A stretch of 64,000 nt of DNA. Source: Candidatus Chisholmbacteria bacterium RIFCSPHIGHO2_01_FULL_52_32 (GTDB lineage: Bacteria; Patescibacteriota; Microgenomatia; UBA1400; Chisholmbacteraceae). Where the stretch lies: the NCBI GenBank assembly GCA_001816585.1, contig MHCJ01000003.1, positions 82,100-146,099 on the forward strand, read 5' to 3'. Shown piece after piece: positions 54,600 through 61,930 of this stretch; the stretch's first letter is position 1; every line of letters starts with the position of its first letter. The notes under the pieces were generated by a model. It was not told the origin of the DNA and did no database searches. It saw only the letters and a program-made list of their open reading frames with translations. A program made the translations under genes and the position numbers.

Positions 54600-56192
54600 T
54601 TGTGTGCTACGTTCTTTCAGATGAGTCTTCGGGTGCGCGGGTGGCCGATCTATTATAAAGATATCCTTCGGGTGAAAGACCCTGATCATCATGTGGGGGT
54701 TTGTTCGTTATGGACGGAGCGGCAGGTGGTTGAGAAGCTCGTCTCGGGCACGCGATACAACCTCATCGGCAACCTCTACAGTGCGCAAGGGATCAATGCG
54801 ATGATCCGAAACATCTTTGCTAACCCTTCGATCCGTACGGTTGTGTTATGGGGAGCGGAGATGAGTTTGTCGGGGCATTCGCTGTTGATGCTGATGAAGG
54901 AGGGAGTGGATGAGGCAAGGCGGATCAAAAACGGGCGAGGGGAGATTGAGGAGGAGATTCCGCTTCCTGTCGTTGACCAGTTCCGAAAGGTGGTTGAGGT
55001 GGTTGATCTGCGGGGAAGGGATCGGGATTTCCTCGTTGCCACACTTCGGCAGTTGGATAAAGTAAAGAAGCCGCCATTTGCACGAAAGCCAAAACTCTTT
55101 CCTAAATCGGAACCGAAGACTACGATGTTTCCGAGCGAGAGTGTTGGGTTTCGGGTATCCGGAACAAAGGTCGCCAAGACGTGGCTTAAGCTTCTCAATG
55201 AGATCTACAAATATGGAAAACCCAAGCATACGCGTTACAGCAGGGATAACTCGATTCGTGAGATTTTGAATCTGACGGCGGTTGTCACCGATGAGGACCC
55301 CGAGAAGATTTATTTTCCCTCTTACCTTCCGTTTTCCGAGACCGAACTTATCGCGTACTATGCTGAACTGTTGACGGACCGGCAGATTCCGGGAGTCGCC
55401 TACAACTATGGGAGAAGACTGCGCAGGGAGCTGGGGGTGGATCAGATTGCCAAGATGAAGGAGCTTGTTAAAAAGCGGCCGGCATCCAAAAAAATGGCAG
55501 CCTTCACCGCGGACGTGAAGAAGGATTGGGGAGCGGTGCATAAGGGTGACACGCCGTGTTTGACACAAATATTAGGAAGCATCTTCGAAAAACGGTTTTA
55601 CATGACTGCCCATTTTCGGAGCCAAGACATGGTGCACGGTTGGCCGCGGAATGCCTTTGCCCTTCGGAAACTGCAAAAAGAAATTGCGGATGCTACCGGC
55701 TATAGAATGGGACCGCTGACGGTTATTACCCACAGTGCGCACATCTACGGAGATGACTTTTTGCTGGTTGAAAATCTTCTCATGGATCATTACGAGAAAG
55801 AATTGGGCTTCTCGCCGGCCGTTCATTTTACCTTTGATCCGCGCGGCAATGTGGTGATTGAAATTGTGAGTATGAAAGAAGCGCTGCAATTTCATGAATA
55901 CTCCAAACGTTATGAAAAGGGGGCAGTTCCTTTTGCCGTTTCACAGACGCTGAAGCGGCTGCCCAAGCGGGGGAGAAATTCCGGCAAGCTCATCCGGGCG
56001 ACGCTGTTTGCTCCGGACGGCGGCGCACCTCTCAAAATATTTGAAGGAAGAACAGCACAGGAAGTGGCATATCAAATTGCCGATTGGGGATATCTTTCGG
56101 ATCCCGCGCACGCGATGTATGTCGGCCAGGAACTGCAGCGGGCGGAAGAGGCGATTGTTCGTGGCGGGAGGTATCACCAGGATCCGGCGTGA
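54600..56192 (+). CDS. Thymidylate-synthase-family (ThyA/dUMP- or dCMP-hydroxymethylase-like) enzyme with ~150-aa N-terminal and ~110-aa C-terminal extensions
   Basis: Central ~270 aa align by eye to ThyA: 'TRYSRDNS' ~ DRTGTGT; 'YNYGRRLR' ~ YG.QWR; 'GDTPCLTQI' ~ LAPCH (catalytic Cys); 'HFRSQDMVHGWPRNAFAL' ~ YQRSCDVFLGLPFNIASY (Arg-Ser…Asp and Asn retained); 'HSAHIYGDD' ~ THLYSNH. The flanking extensions have no recognisable motif. The start may be Met at 54621. Confidence 0.7.
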   Translation: MCATFFQMSLRVRGWPIYYKDILRVKDPDHHVGVCSLWTERQVVEKLVSGTRYNLIGNLYSAQGINAMIRNIFANPSIRTVVLWGAEMSLSGHSLLMLMKEGVDEARRIKNGRGEIEEEIPLPVVDQFRKVVEVVDLRGRDRDFLVATLRQLDKVKKPPFARKPKLFPKSEPKTTMFPSESVGFRVSGTKVAKTWLKLLNEIYKYGKPKHTRYSRDNSIREILNLTAVVTDEDPEKIYFPSYLPFSETELIAYYAELLTDRQIPGVAYNYGRRLRRELGVDQIAKMKELVKKRPASKKMAAFTADVKKDWGAVHKGDTPCLTQILGSIFEKRFYMTAHFRSQDMVHGWPRNAFALRKLQKEIADATGYRMGPLTVITHSAHIYGDDFLLVENLLMDHYEKELGFSPAVHFTFDPRGNVVIEIVSMKEALQFHEYSKRYEKGAVPFAVSQTLKRLPKRGRNSGKLIRATLFAPDGGAPLKIFEGRTAQEVAYQIADWGYLSDPAHAMYVGQELQRAEEAIVRGGRYHQDPA

Positions 56193-56237
56193 AGGAGAAG
56201 TAAGGAGCAGGGAAGTTGTCGAAAGGTCGACGGCGTC

Positions 56238-56274
56238 GAGAGGTCGGACCTCTAAACACAGAGGCCCAACCTCT
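56238..56274. promoter_or_regulatory. Tandem palindromic boxes GAGAGGTCGGACCTCT-n6-AGAGGCCCAACCTCT (second site of the same motif as 48659-48693)
   Basis: Read directly. It lies between the TS-like gene and the downstream kinase/HAD/tmk genes. Confidence 0.35.
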
Positions 56275-56503
56275 ATAGAAAAATTGTTCTCAGAGATGCG
56301 GCCGCACCCGCGAGAACAATAGTTGTGAGAGGGTGATTCATTTGATAGGTGGTTATTGGAGCTTTTTTCCCCGAAACTGAATCTCATTCTTCCGATCCTG
56401 AAACTTCCTAGACCCTAGACCCTGCATCCTAGCGCGGTTTCGGGTCATTTTCTTCTTTACAAGCTTTCCTTTATCGTGCTACCGTGCTTGCGGTATTACC
56501 GAT

Positions 56504-56776
56504 TTGTTTTATGTGAAAATGAGCGGACCAGAAGGTAAGCGAACATTCCCTCCATATGCTGTTCAAGGACCGGACGGGTTAATATTCCCCGAAGCAATGA
56601 GTCAGACTCCTCCGAGGCCGTTCTCAGAAGTTGTGAATGAGCGGGCGAAGATGCTCGATCTCAAGCCCGGTGAGTGGTTATTGGGAGCTGATGGCCCGGT
56701 CGGCGTGGTTGATCCTGAAGGCAATGTTGTGCTCATTCAGGATCTGCCGGGTTTCCGACCGGAAAACCTGTCTTGA
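56504..56776 (+). CDS. Small hypothetical protein
   Basis: 90-aa ORF. Confidence 0.4.
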   Translation: MFYVKMSGPEGKRTFPPYAVQGPDGLIFPEAMSQTPPRPFSEVVNERAKMLDLKPGEWLLGADGPVGVVDPEGNVVLIQDLPGFRPENLS

Positions 56777-56827
56777 TGAAAGATGCCTCTGATTTGTGTT
56801 GGCTTAAAGTAACGGAGGACATAATCT

Positions 56828-58111
56828 GTGAGTGGTGTTGTTGAGCGCAGAAGCCTAACTGAGACTGGCGCGAGATTGGTTGAGGAGTTGATTCCGGATG
56901 AGGGATTGTCGCTTGATATTCGGGAAGAGATTCATACCGTTTCAACCGGGTTTCGCATCCTCAAGACCGAACCTTCCTCGAGTTTCTCGGCTTTTCTTGG
57001 GAAGAACTACCCCAAAGTTTCCGATGCTTTTTCCGGTGAGATAGTCCTGAAGTCCTGCGGAAAAACGGAGCATTCGTTTTTCCATAATGACGGACCGATC
57101 GGAGAGATGACGCTTGCAATGGAGACGGATGTCGATCTTCGGCAATCAAGCGTTGGCATGCCTTCAAGCTTTGGGGTTGCCTATATGAGTGCTTCGCGCG
57201 GGCCACGCAGACAGGCTGTCCTTACCTCAAGTCGGGTACGGGGAAGCGAACCCTGTGTCGTTATGCCACAGTTCCCTGTGGGCTCATCACTGTCTGAGAT
57301 GTATACCTCTTTCACTCCGTCTTCAACGGCGGAACAGGAAATTGCGCGCACTCTACTTAAACGGCTATTTTCCATGAAACGTCCGGTTTCCCAGGATGTG
57401 GCTGAGACGTACGGTTCTGTCCCGGCAACCCTTGGGCTTATCCGCGATGAACGGATGCAGAGATTTGAGTTTGAGGATCCCCTGTTTTCCGAACAGGCAA
57501 GGGTTGTTAACCGGGCTTTGGAGAGGGCGCTTCTTGGGCAAGAAATGGGAGTGTTTCTTGCCGATGAGATCCGTGCCGGCCGGGTGGGGGAGCAACATGG
57601 GGACGCGCGGGCGTTTGATAACCTCCACTTCGTGCGGAGGAAAGACGGAGGTATCGAGGCATTCATACGCGATCCGGTGCGCTTGAGCCGGAAGACCAGC
57701 GGGGGGCCCAAGCTCATGCGGGAGTGGTTCGTTACTCATGATGATTTGCAGGCCGGGATGCTGATCGGCGGTCCTTTTGTCCAAGAGCGATTTCACGGAT
57801 TCGTACGGAATCTCATTACCGCGTATATGGATTCTGACCCTCAGAACCGGGCAATTCTTACCAACCCTCTGCGTTCTCAGCTGTTTGGGCTCGGAATCGC
57901 ATACGGGGTAAGCATCGACCTTGCGGTTGCCAACTACCATCGCAGAGATCTTGAACATCGCCTTGATACACTCCGGCATTCTGATTCCGGCCGGGGAACT
58001 GAGGAAATAGACGCCCAATTCAATGAGCGCGTACGACTGATGGATCGGTATTGGGATAGCCTCGCGTTTTTGGCCGAAACCGATTTTGTCGGGTGGAAGG
58101 AGGCCTTATGA
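56828..58111 (+). CDS. Kinase-fold protein (APH/ePK-like catalytic-loop motif 'HGDARAFDNLHF…IRDP')
   Basis: 427 aa. 'HGD…N' followed by 'I(R)DP' resembles the HGDxxxxN…IDxE catalytic core of aminoglycoside/choline-kinase-like phosphotransferases. Overlaps the next gene by 19 nt. Confidence 0.45.
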   Translation: MSGVVERRSLTETGARLVEELIPDEGLSLDIREEIHTVSTGFRILKTEPSSSFSAFLGKNYPKVSDAFSGEIVLKSCGKTEHSFFHNDGPIGEMTLAMETDVDLRQSSVGMPSSFGVAYMSASRGPRRQAVLTSSRVRGSEPCVVMPQFPVGSSLSEMYTSFTPSSTAEQEIARTLLKRLFSMKRPVSQDVAETYGSVPATLGLIRDERMQRFEFEDPLFSEQARVVNRALERALLGQEMGVFLADEIRAGRVGEQHGDARAFDNLHFVRRKDGGIEAFIRDPVRLSRKTSGGPKLMREWFVTHDDLQAGMLIGGPFVQERFHGFVRNLITAYMDSDPQNRAILTNPLRSQLFGLGIAYGVSIDLAVANYHRRDLEHRLDTLRHSDSGRGTEEIDAQFNERVRLMDRYWDSLAFLAETDFVGWKEAL

Positions 58112-59346
58112 ATGTTGAGGCAAGACCGATCGGTACGGAGCGCCACATTCCGGCCCGTATTGAGCAGCTTGGAGGTTTACGACGGATCGGGCCGATTGAG
58201 GTTTCCCGGGATCTTACCTATGAGCCGGAAGGTGCGGCGATCGGTTTGCATGAGACTTTGTCCGACGACCCGACTTCCACCGGAAGATTGGTTCGGTTTC
58301 TCGCAAACGGAGAGGATTTCGGGGTGAAGACATGGCTCGACCAGGGACATGGGTTCCTGCAATTTTCGATGCCATGGCAACGCCTGTGGTCGCTGGCGGC
58401 GGAGTGCCAGAAAGCCCAGGAAGGACAACGCGATTGGAGTGAGGGCAGCCGAACCCATCTCGGATTGGTCGGTGTGCGCCGGATGGGTGAGGGTCGAGTT
58501 GAAGTTTCGGACGCCTCAACCATTGACGGGGGAGCGGTTGATCCGGGGCTTCTCATGCGTTGGCTTCCCAGCGAGACGAACCTGCCGACGATACTTGTGA
58601 ACGATCCGGAGCGTTTCGTACGTCTTGTGCCGAGGGCGATTATGGCAATTGCCGATAATGAGGTTGTGCTTTCCCCGGAGGAAGGCTTGCGGCTTGGGGG
58701 GGCGGAGGGGATTCGCTTTTGGATTGACAAGGGGAATCTCGGTGCGCTTCGGACCGATTTTGATCCGGCGGCGCGCAGGTTTGCGTCGGAATTTTGGGAG
58801 TCGTTTTCGGGATTTATTGATCGGTTTGCTCCTGTCCTTAATCAACGTGCCTTGGCCGGCAATATCGTTTGGGGGAACGGAGATACCAAGCCGTACAACA
58901 TGTTTGAGGTGGACGGGCGTGTCGGGATCATCGATCCGATCACGCTTCTTTTAAAGACCGGCAGTAGAGGGGAGTACACCCTTGCGCCCTGGCCGTTTCG
59001 GGATCGGATTTCCGAGCTGGCGTATTTTACCTGCTACTTTCGGGCGGGTGAGCGCTTGGTGGGGTCGGCCGACCGCTTCGTTTACGATCGAGCCATTGCG
59101 ACGTACGAGCAGCTCCACGGAGAAGCGGTTTCGGAGGGTCCCGGCCGGGCCCTGCTTTCATTCCATGAAGCGGCTCTTTCGCAGGTCGAGTTTGAGGTCA
59201 ACCTTCGTTTGTCCCGTGATCCTGGTTGCCGGGATAGCGCGATGCGGCAGGAGTTGGCTTGGGCGCTTGAGGAGGAAGCCCTCGAGGCGATCGGGGATGC
59301 CCATGTTCAAGCTTCAGACAGCGGACTTGCAAACGTGGCCTTGTAA
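58093..59346 (+). CDS. Kinase-fold protein (APH/ChoK-like; 'NIVWGNGDTKPYNMFEVDGRVGIIDP')
   Basis: 417 aa. Degenerate 'GNGD…N…IIDP' catalytic-loop/DxG-like pattern. Translationally coupled to the previous gene. Confidence 0.5.
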   Translation: MEGGLMNVEARPIGTERHIPARIEQLGGLRRIGPIEVSRDLTYEPEGAAIGLHETLSDDPTSTGRLVRFLANGEDFGVKTWLDQGHGFLQFSMPWQRLWSLAAECQKAQEGQRDWSEGSRTHLGLVGVRRMGEGRVEVSDASTIDGGAVDPGLLMRWLPSETNLPTILVNDPERFVRLVPRAIMAIADNEVVLSPEEGLRLGGAEGIRFWIDKGNLGALRTDFDPAARRFASEFWESFSGFIDRFAPVLNQRALAGNIVWGNGDTKPYNMFEVDGRVGIIDPITLLLKTGSRGEYTLAPWPFRDRISELAYFTCYFRAGERLVGSADRFVYDRAIATYEQLHGEAVSEGPGRALLSFHEAALSQVEFEVNLRLSRDPGCRDSAMRQELAWALEEEALEAIGDAHVQASDSGLANVAL

Positions 59347-59379
59347 CCCAACAATAATCTTTGGTATTCTGAATGTGGA

Positions 59380-60294
59380 ATGGCAAAACGCGTCAAAGTC
59401 ATCATGGATTTTGATGGAACCTTGACCGATGAGGGACGGCAGGCTCTGGAGCTTGCCACCATTGCCAAAGGAATGCTCGCCGATATCTTAGGAGTTCCGC
59501 TGCCTCGGATCGAAGCAAGTTACAACCGGATTCGCCAGCGTATTCTTCGTACCCCTCAGCATTTCCATTGGGAAGTCAATGGTCTCCCGGCGACCTATGC
59601 CTATGAAGGGGCGTATCTTCTTAACACTACGATCGTACAAGAGATCATCCGCTCCAAACCTGCCTATCTTCACAAAATCCGTAAACTCTATCCTACTGAC
59701 GGGCTTGACCCGATGACCAAATGTACGAACCACCTCTTTCACGCCGGGACTTTTCAGGTCCATCCCTATTTCTTGGATGGTGTACGGACACTTTTGGTTT
59801 CCCTGATTGAACATCCCTTAATTGACCCTGTTATCATGACAAACTCGGAAACGCGGAAGATTACGAAAAACCTTCGGAAGCTTCGGATCGGGCAGCGCGG
59901 AGCCCGGCACAAGTTTCCCCACGAGATTGATGTTCTGGGAGATACCCGGCAGTACCATATGGATCCGGCGTGGGAACAGGCGTTCGACTCTGGAAAAAAT
60001 GGGCTGATTCAAGTTCTGCCGATCAATGAGCATTTTACGGTCGATCTGCGGCGGCCGGTCTATCATGCGGCTTTACAGAGGATTATGGATGAGGGTTATG
60101 ATCAGGTTGTGGTGGTTGCCGACGGTTTTTCTCTTGCCGGTGCGTTGCCGCTTGCGATGGGTCTTCGCTTTATCCTTAAGAAAACTGACTTCACCCCTGC
60201 GTGGACTGAGGAATACGTTTCGACACACCCGAATGGGTCGGTGGTTTCGGGTATACCTGAGCTTGGGAGCCTGCTTCGATCTTTGGTAGAATAG
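59380..60294 (+). CDS. HAD-superfamily hydrolase (phosphatase)
   Basis: Motif I 'IMDFDGTLTD'. 304 aa with a large cap insertion. Confidence 0.7.
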   Translation: MAKRVKVIMDFDGTLTDEGRQALELATIAKGMLADILGVPLPRIEASYNRIRQRILRTPQHFHWEVNGLPATYAYEGAYLLNTTIVQEIIRSKPAYLHKIRKLYPTDGLDPMTKCTNHLFHAGTFQVHPYFLDGVRTLLVSLIEHPLIDPVIMTNSETRKITKNLRKLRIGQRGARHKFPHEIDVLGDTRQYHMDPAWEQAFDSGKNGLIQVLPINEHFTVDLRRPVYHAALQRIMDEGYDQVVVVADGFSLAGALPLAMGLRFILKKTDFTPAWTEEYVSTHPNGSVVSGIPELGSLLRSLVE

Positions 60295-60298
60295 CGGC

Positions 60299-61009
60299 AT
60301 GGACGAACAAGCGGCGGGAACTCTCCTTGAGCAAGCTTCTCATACGGAGTTTTCACCTTCATGGATTTCAGAGATTCGGGCGTTAGGCTGGGACTTGGAT
60401 GGGACGCTTTACCGGGACGTCCCGGAAATACGTGAGCGGATGGAAGGGCAAGTTCTCACGACCATCTCGGAGCGTCTTGGTCAGGATCTTGCTTGGGTGA
60501 AGAAGGAATATCGACAGCGGCTCAGGAAGATCGGGAGCAATACCAAAGTGATCGGGAGCTTTGGTCTTGATGGGCCTGAGGTTGTTGACCTGTCTTTTGA
60601 TCAGATTCCCTTCGAGCAATTGCTTCGACCTGACCCGAAGCTTAAAAGAATGTTTGCGTCACTGCCAAACCTAAGGCATGTGCTGATCACCCATAACCGT
60701 ATTGACCAAGCCCGAAGAAAACTTGCCTGTTTGGGTTTGCCGGAATCGGTTTTCACCCTCGTCGTGCCGGTGTATGATTGGGAGATGAGCAAGCAAGATC
60801 CTTCCCTTTATCGAAAGGTTCTCGAGCTCTTAACAATTCGCCCTCATCAGATGCTCTACTTAGGGGATCGGGAAGCTGTTGATATCCTCCCTGCGAGGGA
60901 AGCGGGACTGCGAACGGGAATGGTGTGGGGGGATTCGAGCGCGGCTGACATCTCGCTGCCGACGGTGTACGATGTGGGGGAATTGTTTCAAGTTACAAGT
61001 GAAAAGTGA
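60299..61009 (+). CDS. HAD-superfamily hydrolase (pyrimidine-5'-nucleotidase-like)
   Basis: Motif I 'GWDLDGTLY'. Motif III/IV '…LYLGDREAVDILPAREAGLRTGMV'. Confidence 0.7.
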   Translation: MDEQAAGTLLEQASHTEFSPSWISEIRALGWDLDGTLYRDVPEIRERMEGQVLTTISERLGQDLAWVKKEYRQRLRKIGSNTKVIGSFGLDGPEVVDLSFDQIPFEQLLRPDPKLKRMFASLPNLRHVLITHNRIDQARRKLACLGLPESVFTLVVPVYDWEMSKQDPSLYRKVLELLTIRPHQMLYLGDREAVDILPAREAGLRTGMVWGDSSAADISLPTVYDVGELFQVTSEK

Positions 61010-61105
61010 AAAATGAAAAATTACAATTCAAAATTAAAAGTTTTCTCCCATAATTTTTAATTTTAAACTGCAACTTTGAACTTTGAATTTTAAACTTTAA
61101 ATTTT
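61000..61105. repeat. AT-rich palindromic repeat block (AAAGTT/AACTTT family) plus CCCTAA unit
   Basis: 'caagttacaagtgaaaagtgaaaaatgaaaaattacaattcaaaattaaaag…ttaattttaaactgcaactttgaactttgaattttaaactttaaatttttta accctaag'. Confidence 0.45.
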
Positions 61106-61152
61106 TTAACCCTAAGAACCTAATACGCTAAATAGCTAAAAGTTAACAAGCT

Positions 61153-61782
61153 ATGAAAAAGGGTGTTCTCATCAGTTTTGAAGGGGGAGAGGGGTCGGGG
61201 AAGACCGTTCAGATCAAGCGGTTGCGGGACCGACTGACGAAAGCGGGTAAGGATGTTGTCGTGGTTCGGGAGCCCGGAGGGACTGTGATTTCCGAACAGA
61301 TCCGTGAGGTACTGCTTTCTCCGAAGAATATCGGGATGGCATACACGACGGAGGTTCTCCTCTTCCAAGCGGCTCGGGCGCAGATTTTTCGGGAGATTGT
61401 CCTTCCTTCGCTTGCAGCCGGCAAGGTGGTCTTGATGGATCGGTCGCGGGACAGCTCGACCGTGTACCAGGGTATGGTGCGGGGATTTGGGGTGGATCTT
61501 ATTGAGGGATTGAATGAGCTGTCGACAAAGAAAACGTACCCTGACCTGACGTTCCTTTTGGATGTTCCGGTCGAGACCGGACTTGAGAGACGAAATCATA
61601 CTTCCAAGATGGATCGGTTAGACATGGAGGCGCGGGAGTTCCATGAGCAGGTCCGCAGAGGCTACCTCACACTTGCACGCAAGAATGACCACCATCGTTG
61701 GGTGATAATTAATAGCCAGCAAAGCATTGATGCTATTTCCGAGCGTATTCGGGACGAAGTTCGCGCGCGAAAGATTGTGTGA
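61153..61782 (+). CDS. tmk: Thymidylate kinase
   Basis: P-loop 'ISFEGGEGSGKTVQ', DRS-like 'LMDRSRDSSTVYQG', and lid region. Confidence 0.85.
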   Translation: MKKGVLISFEGGEGSGKTVQIKRLRDRLTKAGKDVVVVREPGGTVISEQIREVLLSPKNIGMAYTTEVLLFQAARAQIFREIVLPSLAAGKVVLMDRSRDSSTVYQGMVRGFGVDLIEGLNELSTKKTYPDLTFLLDVPVETGLERRNHTSKMDRLDMEAREFHEQVRRGYLTLARKNDHHRWVIINSQQSIDAISERIRDEVRARKIV

Positions 61783-61930
61783 GTACCGAATCACTTCATC
61801 ACGCCTTGACAGCAGTTGTACTTCTGCGGTAAAATTCGCCGCACGAAACGGTCATTTCCTGCCGTTTCTTTTCAATTGACCTTAACAAACATTACATTGT
61901 AAAACTGGCTGCCTTTGCTTTATAATTCCT